A stretch of 64,000 nucleotides of DNA, taken from Eledone cirrhosa (Eukaryota). The stretch is from NCBI GenBank assembly GCA_964016885.1, contig OZ024747.1:70494001-70558000 (forward strand), in the 5' to 3' direction. Every line of letters begins with the position of its first letter. Positions within the stretch are counted from its first letter, which is position 1. A program made the translations under genes and the position numbers. Below the pieces are notes generated by a model, which did no database searches, was not told the origin of the DNA, and saw nothing but the letters and a program-made list of their open reading frames with translations. This document shows, in pieces, positions 1 through 13,300 of the stretch.

Positions 1-440
1 CTCAAGTGTTCAGCGAAACGGTCTGACAGACGACGGTCTATTTGTCCGTTGTATGAGGACCCGCAAAAGGAACATCGGAGGGCATAGACTAAGCGGGTAG
101 ATGTGCAGGTGAAATAGTGGTGGATACGGAAGGAACCGTTAGTGCCTGTGAGAGTATTGAGATTAGAAATGAAGGTATAGGTGTCAGAGCGTGGACAACA
201 ACAGGGAGGATGCTGGGTGCAGTTTGAGGAGAGGAAGGAAAGGATCTGTGTACAAAGAGGTGGCAGATATTACAGGCAGGCTTAAAGCGGTGACGGGTGA
301 GCCTGGAAAGAAGAGAGATGTGACGACGTCAGAAAAGTGAGTGCGGAAGTTGAGGAGGATTTGTCGCCGGAGATATAGTGTGGTGGGGTGGTAAGTGAGG
401 GGGAAAGGAAGGTGTGTCCTGGTGGAGGAACAGGGTAAGG
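1..440 (-). mobile_element. Penelope-like element remnant (linker plus C-terminal GIY-YIG endonuclease), runs off the window start
   Basis: Manual minus-strand translation gives HLPFPLTYHPTTLYLRRQILLNFR and, in another frame, PPCCCPRSDTYTFISNLNTLTGTNGSFRIHHYFTCTSTRLVYALRCSFCGSSYNGQIDRRLSDRFAEHL. This fits the PLE pattern FTCxS..(V/I)Y.I.C..C...YIG.T.R.L..RF.EH. Frameshifted, so dead. Confidence 0.85.
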
Positions 441-695
441 GCATATATATATATATATATGGAACAGGATAAGGATATATCTACGCTAGATAAAGCGGGG
501 GTGGGGTCATGTTTTGACACTGGGTCTCGAAATCATGATACTGTAACAGATACGATGAAGGCGGTGGAATTGGGAGTAGGGTACAGAGAGTTTGGTGTCG
601 GTATGATATATATATATATATATATATAGGAAAAGAGTCCGGACCCCGACGGCTGACCTCCGGCCATTTCGACAGCTAGATCCGAATGGATCTAG

Positions 696-1590
696 TCATA
701 ACTCATTCAAGATAGAAGTTAAAGCTAGGGCTCGCCATCTTAAACGTCTGACGACATCTTCCGCTTTTTGTAGAAGCTTTAGGTAAACATGATTGGAGGG
801 AGTGGGAATATTCTTCAGAGAGTAATCTACCTTTAATGAGTTAGGACTTAGGATAACAGTAGCTACTAACCTCTCTAGCGGAGATTTCTTAGACATTAAT
901 TTAGACCTTCGCACACATACCTTCAAACCCTTCCATAAGCGAAACGAAAAACTTAATTACATACACAAGGACTCATGCCACCCTCCTACTGTTTTTAGAA
1001 ACTTCGTAAATAATATCAGTTCTAGAATCTCTAACCTCTCCTCTAATAAGGCTATCTTTTTCAGAGCGGCACCCTACTATAAGACTGCGTTAGCTAACAG
1101 CGGCTTCTCGCAAACTATCACTTACTCTCCCACTAACAACAACAACAATAAGAAAAGAAATCGTAACAACAGACAAACTATCTGGTTATCTCCTCCCTTC
1201 TCACACAACGTTAAAACTAATGTAGGAACATTTTTTTTTAGACCTTTTAGATAGACACTTTCCCATAGGTCACAAATACTGCTCCATCTTTAACAGACAC
1301 ATAGTAAAACTAGGGTACTCCTGCGCTAAGAATATGAAGGCCCACATAACCAACAGTCCTAAGAGCGGCACCCCACCAGGATGCTTTTGCCGAAAACCTG
1401 AAGCTTGTCCCCTTCAACAGCAATGCAACACATCCGCTGTAGTTTATGAAGCTGTAGTCACTTCCAATCGACCAAATCAACCACAGGAGGTCAAATCCTA
1501 GGTGGGTATGGCGGAGGGCCTATTTAAGGAACGCCTCCTGAACCATCAGTCGATCTTTAGGTACCCGGATAAACGATCATCCACGAAACA
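696..1590 (+). mobile_element. Second PLE family (probably Hydra-type): 3' half of RT plus GIY-YIG on the plus strand, with an inverted N-terminal segment
   Basis: Plus strand from ~883: DFLDINLDLRTHTFKPFHKRNEKLNYIHKDSCHPP...RQTIWLSPPFSHNVKTNVG, then DRHFP..HKYCSIFNRHIVKLGYSC and CFCRKPEACPLQQQCNTSAVVYEAVV...S*VGMAEGLFKERLLNH (CxCx5C motif, degenerate GIY-YIG). Minus strand 696-880: DYSLKNIPTPSNHVYLKLLQKAEDVVRRLRWRA, which resembles the N-terminus of the same protein type. Clade name is from recollection of motifs. Confidence 0.8.
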
Positions 1591-3594
1591 TCCATGGGGT
1601 AGATTTTAAGGGAGATTTTACTACCATACTTAGGTTATCGAAAGATTACGTAAATGATCTTTTGTTGGTCTGTATTACTGGTATTGATAGTGTCGCTAGT
1701 GTTATTCCATAGTTTAATTCCTAATAGTATTGACGTTCTTATTGTGATTACTACCTTTGTTAATGCAGCTATACCTCCTGCTGTTATCATACAGTCAACT
1801 ATGTTACTGTTGATGCTGCTATTCTTAATATTATTGTTAATACTATTTATCACAGTTGTTACTGGAATGATGATGACTGTAGAGGGTGCTGGGGACTTGA
1901 TAGTGTTAATGCTGATGTAGTCGGTTCTATGTTAAGGCTGGTGGTAGAGTTGGATGGCGTGCTGATGGTCGTGAGAGATGTCGTGGTATTGGTCGAGGTG
2001 GTGGTTATTGTAGTCGTGGGGCTGCTATTATTTGTGGTGGTAAAATGCTCATAAATATAACTGGTGAATATTGAGCCGTTCAGAGATATAAGCTTGGAAA
2101 AGTGAATTAGTCTTAAACATAACTAAGGAAGACTGAATTGGTCATAAATTGTCTTGATTTCAATCGACTTTTGAGAATGGTGTTAGAGACTTGGCAGTTG
2201 AAAACACAGCCAAGCAGAATAACAATGCTTACTCTCCTGTCCAAAAGGAAAGAAAATAAAATCTTGAAAAAATAATTAAACCCAAGTCGAAGAGCTAAAG
2301 TAAAATGTCTGACCAGTAGCTGTGATGTCAGCGTTGTTAATATACGAGACAGCTTCTTAGCCACATACACAAAACATAAATAAATGAATAGAAAGCAACG
2401 TGGAAAGTGTTGGTTGTGCAGGAATTGTTGGTGGTAGTGTGTGGATGGTGAGGGTGATAGGAAAGGAAATGGATAAACAAAGCTAAAATTAAGGAAGATA
2501 AAACTTAGGGCAGGCAAGCTATCTCTGTAAAAACAGATAGGCAAAAGGAAAATGACTCGTAAAGCTGTCATCGAGCTAAAGAGCTGTCATGGCAGAGAGA
2601 GAGACTGTCACTGATGATGAATAATTTTCCGTGTTGGCCTTAGTGGCCAGTTCTTAGCCTCTGAACTTAATCTATATGACAATCCCTCCCCATTTAGCTA
2701 TCTTTCCATTCGTTAAGCTGCCAAAGCCTTCATTAAGTTGTCCAACCTAATCAATCTTAATTTGCTCTTAGTCTTATTTTGGTTAATTACTGAATCGTAC
2801 ACTGGATTGAAAACTGGACAGTTGAAATTCTTAGAACTTGTTACTTTTCCCTCTTTTTTCTTGTTTGTGGTAGTTCTTTATATCTCTTAAAATGTACGGC
2901 TATATTTGGCTATCAATACATAAAACACATCTAGTGTTATAAAACCTGAGAATTGCAAAGAAAAGCGAAAGATGTTGTTTGTTTACTTTGTTCAAAAGAA
3001 AGGTTAAGTCTTCTATCCATTTATCTTGTAAATTTATTGTTTGATCGCTATCTTATTTTTCTATAATATGAATCTATACCTATTCCGTACGTTTATAAAT
3101 CACTATACTTTGAAGTAAGTCAAAAACGTAGATAAGATACGTTTAAAGGGTTTATCGTATACAGGCAACAAATGCAAACACATCATCAAAGACGGTACAT
3201 AAATGAATGATGTGTCCAATCATATTCGGTTGTTGTGCTAATTTTTGAGATTGATTTCATTATTAACAGGAACTCTCTACTCAAGATATATCCCCTTCTT
3301 TCACAAAGCCGGGTGTTTGCCACTGGTTGTGAGATGCTGGGTATTACTGAGTCACTTCAGTTAGTCGAGGTCCACAAAATGTTGCAGTTAACTACTCACT
3401 TGCTTAATTAATGTTTCTATTATATTTGCTTTCTTCAGTTGGAACACAAAATAAATAAATAAGGAATAACATAAATATTATTTTTCAAACCCGGTTCTAG
3501 TTTTATCCAATTCATTTTGCCGATTTGCTTGGTAGCCTACGGAACAGGAAAACACAATCGTAAACATAGATTGACATACGCACACACACTCACG

Positions 3595-3639
<45 letters not shown>

Positions 3640-4119
3640 TATATTAACAAATGGAAACTATATTTATAAAACCATATTTATTTCATTATACATATTTCAA
3701 GGACACCAAAGCAAATTATGGTGCGCTTTCATCAGATAAAATATAATATAGATCAGTTTTATAAACAAATATTGACATACCCTGAAAGAATGCGACCATG
3801 TCGGTTGGAGGCTCCCGGATAGTGGGGCTACTAATTTTATTATTGGTCTATTATGCAAATTAGTGTCGGAGAGGTTTAAATCCCAGTACATTTAAATTAA
3901 GCCAGTACATTTAAATTTGTTGAGTGCTTTATATCAGTTATAAAAATATTTGCTTGTTGTATCCCAACAAATTAAATATAACTTCTAAATATATATATAT
4001 ATATAGGAAAAAGTATGACCCCTCGCATTGTGTGGGTGAAGAAACTTGAGCTCGGTGGAAAAATCGGGATATGGCGTGGTAGAGTCGGAAAGTGGTCTAC
4101 TACAGAGATAGGAGCTAAA

Positions 4120-4260
4120 TAACAAAGGAATTGTGGTAAGGAAACAAATGCACCAAAACGCACCAGAGTACTCAACACTTTGGTTAGCAGAGTGGGAAAT
4201 AGGAAAAAGTACTCTGGTGCGTTATGGTCCATTTGGTTACTTACCACAATTCCTTTGTTA
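4120..4260. repeat. 53-bp imperfect inverted repeat (35-nt loop) of a dispersed, (TA)n-associated element end
   Basis: 4120-4172 TAACAAAGGAATTGTGGTAAG...GCACCAGAGTACT is the reverse complement of 4208-4260. The same sequence occurs unrearranged at 39207-39310. Confidence 0.9.
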
Positions 4261-4327
4261 TATATATATATATATATATATACATATATACGTAAGTATA
4301 TATATATATATATACATACATATACAT

Positions 4328-4359
<32 letters not shown>

Positions 4360-4384
4360 GTGCGTGGGTGTTTGGGTGTAAATG

Positions 4385-4502
4385 ACAGTCTTCTGCAGTT
4401 ACTGTCTATTAAATTCTATTCACGAAGCATAGATCAACGAGAGGCTAAGGGACTGAGCTTAGTACATGTAGTTGCAAAACGAACTTCTGAATCACGCAGC
4501 AA
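4385..4502 (-). mobile_element. Degraded tRNA-derived SINE fragment (octopus OR-like)
   Basis: CAGTTACTGTCTATTAAATTCTATTCACGAAGC...GGGACTGAGC...ATGTAGTTGCAAAACGAACTTCTGAATCACGCAGC resembles the reverse strand of octopus tRNA-SINE heads. Recognised from memory; internally deleted. Confidence 0.45.
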
Positions 4503-4508
4503 TATCTG

Positions 4509-4642
<134 letters not shown>

Positions 4643-5683
4643 TATAAGATAGTTTAGAGGTGGTACTCATATCCCAATACAGTACTTAAACACCCAATAA
4701 GAACACGTACAATATCAAATGTCAATGCTGGCGAAGAAAGGTTTTCATATACTTTTATGGCACGGCTACAATAAAGGGGAGAGTAAAAATATATCCAGAC
4801 TCTACATCCGGACGTCGCTATTGTAAACTTCGAGAACGTTTCATTAGTTTACGGGATTAAAGGAGCTGCAAAGGTCTCGTAGGAGAATATGAGAAAAACC
4901 TGATTAAAAGCGGTTAAATTTGGATCATAGATGGCGTCTCTCAGTTTTGTTAATCAAGCTATAAACAAAATTTCATCAGTATATCTTGTGATTTAGTTTT
5001 TAGCTTGATTAACATGTCTGATGAGCAGTTTTATACTGGAGTCGGATCTATAAACACAAATATAGACAGTCAACCAATCAACTGTCGAATGTTCGTAACT
5101 GTTCGGTAACCAATAAAAATATTAATGTGAAACGATTTTTATACTTAATAGTGTGGGAAGCAGGCGAAATTCCAGAGTAACAAGTTTCAAAATTTAGCCT
5201 TAATAAAATGAATATTTAAACTGTACTTCAGTTTTGTGTACCCTTTTCAATCAGCCATCAACTACATACGGATGTATACATACATGATGGTTGCAAATCA
5301 ATTTGGAGTAATGCCATCGCTTGATACTTGTTTTAGTCCTGCTAGGACTTGTCTATGGTCAGCAATATCATGCATCACAAAAAATGTCACATATCAAGCG
5401 ATGCCTGTGCTTGAAGCTTTTTTAAGTGAGGAAAGGCTTTGAACATCGAATACATTTGCTCAAAAGGAAGAACTGGTGTACATCATTGAATGCAAACGAA
5501 GTCGCAGGTTTTATATTACAGTGACCTTCACCTACAAAGATGTCTTAATGAAGACTAGGAGTTTCTCGCCTCATAAACAAATTTATTGGATGGCCGATGA
5601 CTATCCTGAGTTCCTCGCCCTTTGATGGGTTTTGTTTTTCACCCCGCAGGGTGTCCAAAATCACCCTCCTCACCAAGCAAGCA

Positions 5684-5975
5684 TGTATGCATCCATTCAT
5701 ACAACCATGTATGCATACATTCATACATACATGCAACCATGTATGCATACATTCATACATACATACAACCATGTATGCATACATTCATACATACATACAT
5801 ACATACATACATACATACATACATACATACATACATACATACGTACGTACAGCCATGCATACATACATAAATACATACATACACACACATATATATACAT
5901 ATATGCATATAATAAATGTATATGAGTGTATATGTGTGTGTCTGTGTGTGTGTGAATGTGTATGTATGTGTGTAT
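5684..5975. repeat. (CATA)n microsatellite with 32-36-bp higher-order units, followed by a TG-rich tract
   Basis: Repeated CAACCATGTATGCATACATTCATACATA units grade into pure (CATA)n. Confidence 0.93.
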
Positions 5976-7352
5976 TCCTAGGATTACCAGCCGAATCTTC
6001 TTTAAAAATGAGATTGTTTTGAAGGAGGATACACCAGCAGAAGAAATTCCGTGAAATGCGAATGTTCTTTCTCAGAAAATAATGAGAAATAGACTATCTA
6101 TTTGAAGATAAAAAATATTCCTTTCAAAACTGTTCTCTTAACATTAAGTTTAACTGTAACTGACATTGAGCCGTACTAAGAACATGAAAACATTTGTAAG
6201 ACTCATTTGTTCTTGTATGAGAAAATCTATTTTCTGTGGTTTCTTCTTAAAAGTGACGTATATAGCTATATTTTCTGAACTATCGATCCATTTTCTTAAT
6301 TTTAATGTTCAACCTTTTATTTTGACTAATCAAAATATATATTTTAAACTATAACTTAAATGCAACAACATTGTTAGAATTACTCATTGTCAGTTTGTAA
6401 ATATTTACTCCAAGTGAATTGTGCATTCAATCAATGATATAAGTATGCGAGACGCTTGCATGTAAATTATAATAGGCCTCTAGAGGTCAGACGACCTTTA
6501 TATCCTTACAGTCAAATCTCCCTTAGATAAAATTGAACACATTGGATAATATGTGACTAAATGTACTGTGTTTTAGGAAAAGGCGAGAATCACCGTAGAT
6601 GGAACGACTTTGATAATGCGGGTCGACCAGGGATTAATGTTGTTTGAGCATCAGCTCAAGGTACTGAAAATAGAGTTCCTGTTTTGAATGTTTTTCCGGA
6701 CTCATCCTCTTATTTGATAGTCTTCTGTCAAAAACAATATCGTAGCTATATGAAAATAATATAATGATATGATTCTAAAATGTAAAATTGATGATTAACA
6801 TTTATAGTATTTTAAGGCTAGATACTTCAGAAGAAAAATGTAGTTTCAGCAGTTTAAATAGAGTTAACAATCATAGATACAAATCAATTCTCTCTCACTA
6901 TGTAGTCCATCTATCACAACTAACTGTCACATATAACTAAAAACAAGTTCCTAGTAGTTTTTGCCTTGTGCGATTTAATCCCTGTTTTTACCTATTCTAT
7001 CAGTTCTTGCCATTCAATCATTCAATATGTTTATAGTCACTTTTTATTCATTTTATTCGAAATCTATATACACCCCTACACACTTTGTAGACTGTCCCTG
7101 TAATTTCTCCATCTTCGTCGCCTTTGTGGCAATAATAAAGAAAGATTATTATCATTAAATTATTATTGTTAATACCATTGCCGTTTCGTCCAATATTATT
7201 ATTATTGATTTCCATCTTATTGTTTGTTGAGTTTACAGAATAAACTTGAGTTGTTTTCACAACATTTCAACATTTATTATTACAAACGATTTTATGACGC
7301 ATTGTATTTGTATTATAGCTGTCAGTCGTACACCTCCTTTCACTGATAATCA

Positions 7353-10300
7353 CTGTCTCTTTCTACAACAGTCTTTTTCTACAACAGTCTTTTTCTACAA
7401 CAGTCTTTTTCTACAACAGTCTTTTTCTACAACAGTCTTTTTCTACAACAGTCTTTTTCTACAACAGTCTTTTTCTACAATAGTCTTTTTCTATAACAGT
7501 CTTTTTCTATAACAGTCTTTTTCTACAACAGTCTTTTTCTACAACAGTCTTTTTCTACAACAGTCTTTTTCTACAACAGTCTTTTTCTACAATAGTCTTT
7601 TTCTACAATAGTCTTTTTCTACAATAGTCTTTTTCTACAACAGTCTTTTTCTACAATAGTCTTTTTCTACAACAGTCTTTTTCTACAACAGTCTTTTTCT
7701 ACAACAGTCTTTTTCTACAATAGTCTTTTTCTACAATAGTCTTTTTCTACAATAGTCTTTTTCTACAACAGTCTTTTTCTACAATAGTCTTTTTCTACAA
7801 CAGTCTTTTTCTACAACAGTCTTTTTCTACAACAGTCTTTTTCTACAACAGTCTTTTTCTACAATAGTCTTTTTCTACAATAGTCTTTTTCTACAATAGT
7901 CTTTTTCTACAACAGTCTTTTTCTACAATAGTCTTTTTCTACAACAGTCTTTTTCTACAACAGTCTTTTTCTACAACAGTCTTTTTCTACAACAGTCTTT
8001 TTCTACAACAGTCTTTTTCTACAACAGTCTTTTTCTACAACAGTCTTTTTCTACAATAGTCTTTTTCTACAACAGTCTTTTTCTACAATAGTCTTTTTCT
8101 ACAACAGTCTTTTTCTACAACAGTCTTTTTCTACAACAGTCTTTTTCTACAACAGTCTTTTTCTACAATAGTCTTTTTCTACAATAGTCTTTTTCTACAA
8201 CAGTCTTTTTCTACAATAGTCTTTTTCTACAACAGTCTTTTTCTACAACAGTCTTTTTCTACAACAGTCTTTTTCTACAACAGTCTTTTTCTACAACAGT
8301 CTTTTTCTACAACAGTCTTTTTCTACAATAGTCTTTTTCTACAATAGTCTTTTTCTACAATAGTCTTTTTCTACAACAGTCTTTTTCTACAATAGTCTTT
8401 TTCTACAACAGTCTTTTTCTACAACAGTCTTTTTCTACAACAGTCTTTTTCTACAATAGTCTTTTTCTACAATAGTCTTTTTCTACAATAGTCTTTTTCT
8501 ACAACAGTCTTTTTCTACAATAGTCTTTTTCTACAACAGTCTTTTTCTACAACAGTCTTTTTCTACAACAGTCTTTTTCTACAACAGTCTTTTTCTACAA
8601 TAGTCTTTTTCTACAATAGTCTTTTTCTACAATAGTCTTTTTCTACAACAGTCTTTTTCTACAATAGTCTTTTTCTACAACAGTCTTTTTCTACAACAGT
8701 CTTTTTCTACAATAGTCTTTTTCTACAACAGTCTTTTTCTACAACAGTCTTTTTCTACAACAGTCTTTTTCTACAACAGTCTCTTTCTACAATAGTCTTT
8801 TTCTACAATAGTCTTTTTCTACAATAGTCTTTTTCTACAACAGGCTTTTTCTACAATAGTCTTTTTCTACAACAGTCTTTTTCTACAACAGTCTTTTTCT
8901 ACAATAGTCTTTTTCTACAACAGTCTTTTTCTACAACAGTCTTTTTCTACAACAGTCTTTTTCTACAATAGTCTTTTTCTACAACAGTCTTTTTCTACAA
9001 TAGTCTTTTTCTACAACAGTCTTTTTCTACAATAGTCTTTTTCTACAAGAGTCTTTTTCTACAAAGTTTTTTTCTACAACAGTCTTTTTCTACAATAGTC
9101 TTTTTCTACAACAGTCTTTTTCTACAAAGTTTTTTTCTACAACAGTCTTTTTCTACAATAGTCTTTTTCTACAACAGTCTTTTTCTACAACAGTCTTTTT
9201 CTACAATAGTCTTTTTCTACAATAGTCTTTTTCTACAATAGTCTTTTTCTACAACAGTCTTTTTCTACAACAGTCTTTTTCTACAACAGTCTTTTTCTAC
9301 AACAGTCTTTTTCTACAATAGTCTTTTTGAACAACAGTCTTTTTCTACAATAGTCTTTTTCTACAACAGTCTTTTTCTACAATAGTCTTTTTCTACAACA
9401 GTCTTTTTCTACAACAGTCTTTTTCTACAACAGTCTTTTTCTACAATAGTCTTTTTCTACAACAGTCTTTTTCTACAACAGTCTTTTTCTACAACAGTCT
9501 TTTTCTACAATAGTCTTTTTCTACAACAGTCTTTTTCTACAACAGTCTTTTTCTACAACAGTCTTTTTCTACAACAGTCTTTTTCTACAATAGTCTTTTT
9601 CTACAACAGTCTTTTTCTACAACAGTCTTTTTCTACAACAGACTTTTTCTACAACAGTCTTTTTCTACAACAGTCTTTTTCTACAATAGTCTTTTTCTAC
9701 AACAGTCTTTTTCTACAACAGTCTTTTTCTACAACAGTCTTTTTCTACAATAGTCTTTTTCTACAATAGTCTTTTTCTACAATAGTCTTTTTCTACAACA
9801 GTCTTTTTCTACAATAGTCTTTTTCTACAACAGTCTTTTTCTACAACAGTCTTTTTCAACAACAGTCTTTTTCTACAACAGTCTTTTTCTACAATAGTCT
9901 TTTTCTACAATAGTCTTTTTCTACAATAGTCTTTTTCTACAACAGTCTTTTTCTACAATAGTCTTTTTCTACAACAGTCTTTTTCTACAACAGTCTTTTT
10001 CTACAACAGTCTTTTTCTACAACAGTCTTTTTCTACAACAGTCTTTTTCTACAACAGTCTTTTTCTACAACAGTCTTTTTCTACAACAGTCTTTTTCTAC
10101 AATAGTCTTTTTCTACAACAGTCTTTTTCTACAACAGTCTTTTTCTACAACAGTCTTTTTCTACAACAGTCTTTTTCTACAACAGTCTTTTTCTACAACA
10201 GTCTTTTTCTACAATAGTCTTTTTCTACAATAGTCTTTTTCTACAACAGTCTTTTTCTACAATAGTCTTTTTCTACAACAGTCTTTTTCTACAACAGTCT

Positions 10301-13300
10301 TTTTCTACAACAGTCTTTTTCTACAACAGTCTTTTTCTACAACAGTCTTTTTCTACAACAGTCTTTTTCTACAATAGTCTTTTTCTACAATAGTCTTTTT
10401 CTACAATAGTCTTTTTCTACAACAGTCTTTTTCTACAATAGTCTTTTTCTACAACAGTCTTTTTCTACAACAGTCTTTTTCTACAACAGTCTTTTTCTAC
10501 AACAATCTTTTTCTACAATAGTCTTTTTCTACAACAGTCTTTTTCTACAATAGTCTTTTTCTACAATAGTCTTTTTCTACAATAGTCTTTTTCTACAACA
10601 GTCTTTTTCTACAATAGTCTTTTTCTACAACAGTCTTTTTCTACAACAGTCTTTTTCTACAACAGTCTTTTTCTACAACAGTCTTTTTCTACAATAGTCT
10701 TTTTCTACAACAGTCTTTTTCTACAACAGTCTTTTTCTACAATAGTCTTTTTCTACAACAGTCTTTTTCTACAACAGTCTTTTTCTACAACAGTCTTTTT
10801 CTACAACAGTCTTTTTCTACAATAGTCTTTTTCTACAACAGTCTTTTTCTACAACAGTCTTTTTCTACAATAGTCTTTTTCTACAACAGTCTTTTTCTAC
10901 AATAGTCTTTTTCTACAACAGTCTTTTTCTACAACAGTCTTTTTCTACAACAGTCTTTTTCTACAACAGTCTTTTTCTACAACAGTCTTTTTCTACAACA
11001 GTCTTTTTCTACAATAGTCTTTTTCTACAATAGTCTTTTTCTACAATAGTCTTTTTCTACAACAGTCTTTTTCTACAATAGTCTTTTTCTACAACAGTCT
11101 TTTTCTACAACAGTCTTTTTCTACAACAGTCTTTTTCTACAACAGTCTTTTTCTACAATAGTCTTTTTCTACAACAGTCTTTTTCTACAACAGTCTTTTT
11201 CTACAATAGTCTTTTTCTACAACAGTCTTTTTCTACAACAGTCTTTTTCTACAACAGTCTTTTTCTACAACAGTCTCTTTCTACAATAGTCTTTTTCTAC
11301 AATAGTCTTTTTCTACAATAGTCTTTTTCTACAACAGTCTTTTTCTACAATAGTCTTTTTCTACAACAGTCTTTTTCTACAACAGTCTTTTTCTACAATA
11401 GTCTTTTTCTACAACAGTCTTTTTCTACAACAGTCTTTTTCTACAACAGTCTTTTTCTACAATAGTCTTTTTCTACAACAGTCTTTTTCTACAATAGTCT
11501 TTTTCTACAACAGTCTTTTTCTACAATAGTCTTTTTCTACAACAGTCTTTTTCTACAAAGTTTTTTTCTACAACAGTCTTTTTCTACAATAGTCTTTTTC
11601 TACAACAGTCTTTTTCTACAACAGTCTTTTTCTACAATAGTCTTTTTCTACAACAGTCTTTTTCTACAATAGTCTTTTTCTACAACAGTCTTTTTCTACA
11701 ACAGTCTTTTTCTACAACAGTCTTTTTCTACAACAGTCTTTTTCTACAATAGTCTTTTTCTACAACAGTCTTTTTCTACAATAGTCTTTTTCTACAACAG
11801 TCTTTTTCTACAACAGTCTTTTTCTACAACAGTCTTTTTCTACAATAGTCTTTTTCTACAACAGTCTTTTTCTACAACAGTCTTTTTCTACAACAGTCTT
11901 TTTCTACAATAGTCTTTTTCTACAACAGTCTTTTTCTACAACAGTCTTTTTCTACAACAGTCTTTTTCTACAACAGTCTTTTTCTACAATAGTCTTTTTC
12001 TACAACAGTCTTTTTCTACAACAGTCTTTTTCTACAATAGTCTTTTTCTACAACAGTCTTTTTCTACAACAGTCTTTTTCTACAACAGTCTTTTTCTACA
12101 ACAGTCTCTTTCTACAATAGTCTTTTTCTACAATAGTCTTTTTCTACAATAGTCTTTTTCTACAACAGTCTTTTTCTACAATAGTCTTTTTCTACAACAG
12201 TCTTTTTCTACAACAGTCTTTTTCTACAATAGTCTTTTTCTACAACAGTCTTTTTCTACAACAGTCTTTTTCTACAACAGTCTTTTTCTACAATAGTCTT
12301 TTTCTACAACAGTCTTTTTCTACAATAGTCTTTTTCTACAACAGTCTTTTTCTACAATAGTCTTTTTCTACAACAGTCTTTTTCTACAAAGTTTTTTTCT
12401 ACAACAGTCTTTTTCTACAATAGTCTTTTTCTACAACAGTCTTTTTCTACAACAGTCTTTTTCTACAATAGTCTTTTTCTACAACAGTCTTTTTCTACAA
12501 TAGTCTTTTTCTACAACAGTCTTTTTCTACAACAGTCTTTTTCTACAACAGTCTTTTTCTACAACAGTCTTTTTCTACAATAGTCTTTTTCTACAACAGT
12601 CTTTTTCTACAATAGTCTTTTTCTACAACAGTCTTTTTCTACAACAGTCTTTTTCTACAACAGTCTTTTTCTACAATAGTCTTTTTCTACAACAGTCTTT
12701 TTCTACAACAGTCTTTTTCTACAACAGTCTTTTTCTACAATAGTCTTTTTCTACAACAGTCTTTTTCTACAACAGTCTTTTTCTACAACAGTCTTTTTCT
12801 ACAATAGTCTTTTTCTACAACAGTCTTTTTCTACAACAGTCTTTTTCTACAACAGTCTTTTTCTACAACAGTCTTTTTCTACAACAGTCTTTTTCTACAA
12901 TAGTCTTTTTCTACAACAGTCTTTTTCTACAACAGTCTTTTTCTACAACAGTCTTTTTCTACAACAGTCTTTTTCTACAACAGTCTTTTTCTACAATAGT
13001 CTTTTTCTACAACAGTCTTTTTCTACAACAGTCTTTTTCTACAACAGTCTTTTTCTACAACAGTCTCTTTCTACAATAGTCTTTTTCTACAACAGTCTTT
13101 TTCTACAACAGTCTTTTTCTACAACAGTCTTTTTCTACAACAGTCTTTTTCTACAATAGTCTTTTTCTACAACAGTCTTTTTCTACAACAGTCTTTTTCT
13201 ACAACAGTCTTTTTCTACAACAGTCTTTTTCTACAATAGTCTTTTTCTACAACAGTCTTTTTCTACAAAGTTTTTTTCTACAACAGTCTTTTTCTACAAT

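Noticed and set aside
5557-5684. GC-richer segment resembling the 5' UTR of an octopus RTE-type LINE (minus strand)
   Set aside because: Recognised only vaguely from memory, with no second copy or linked ORF in the window.
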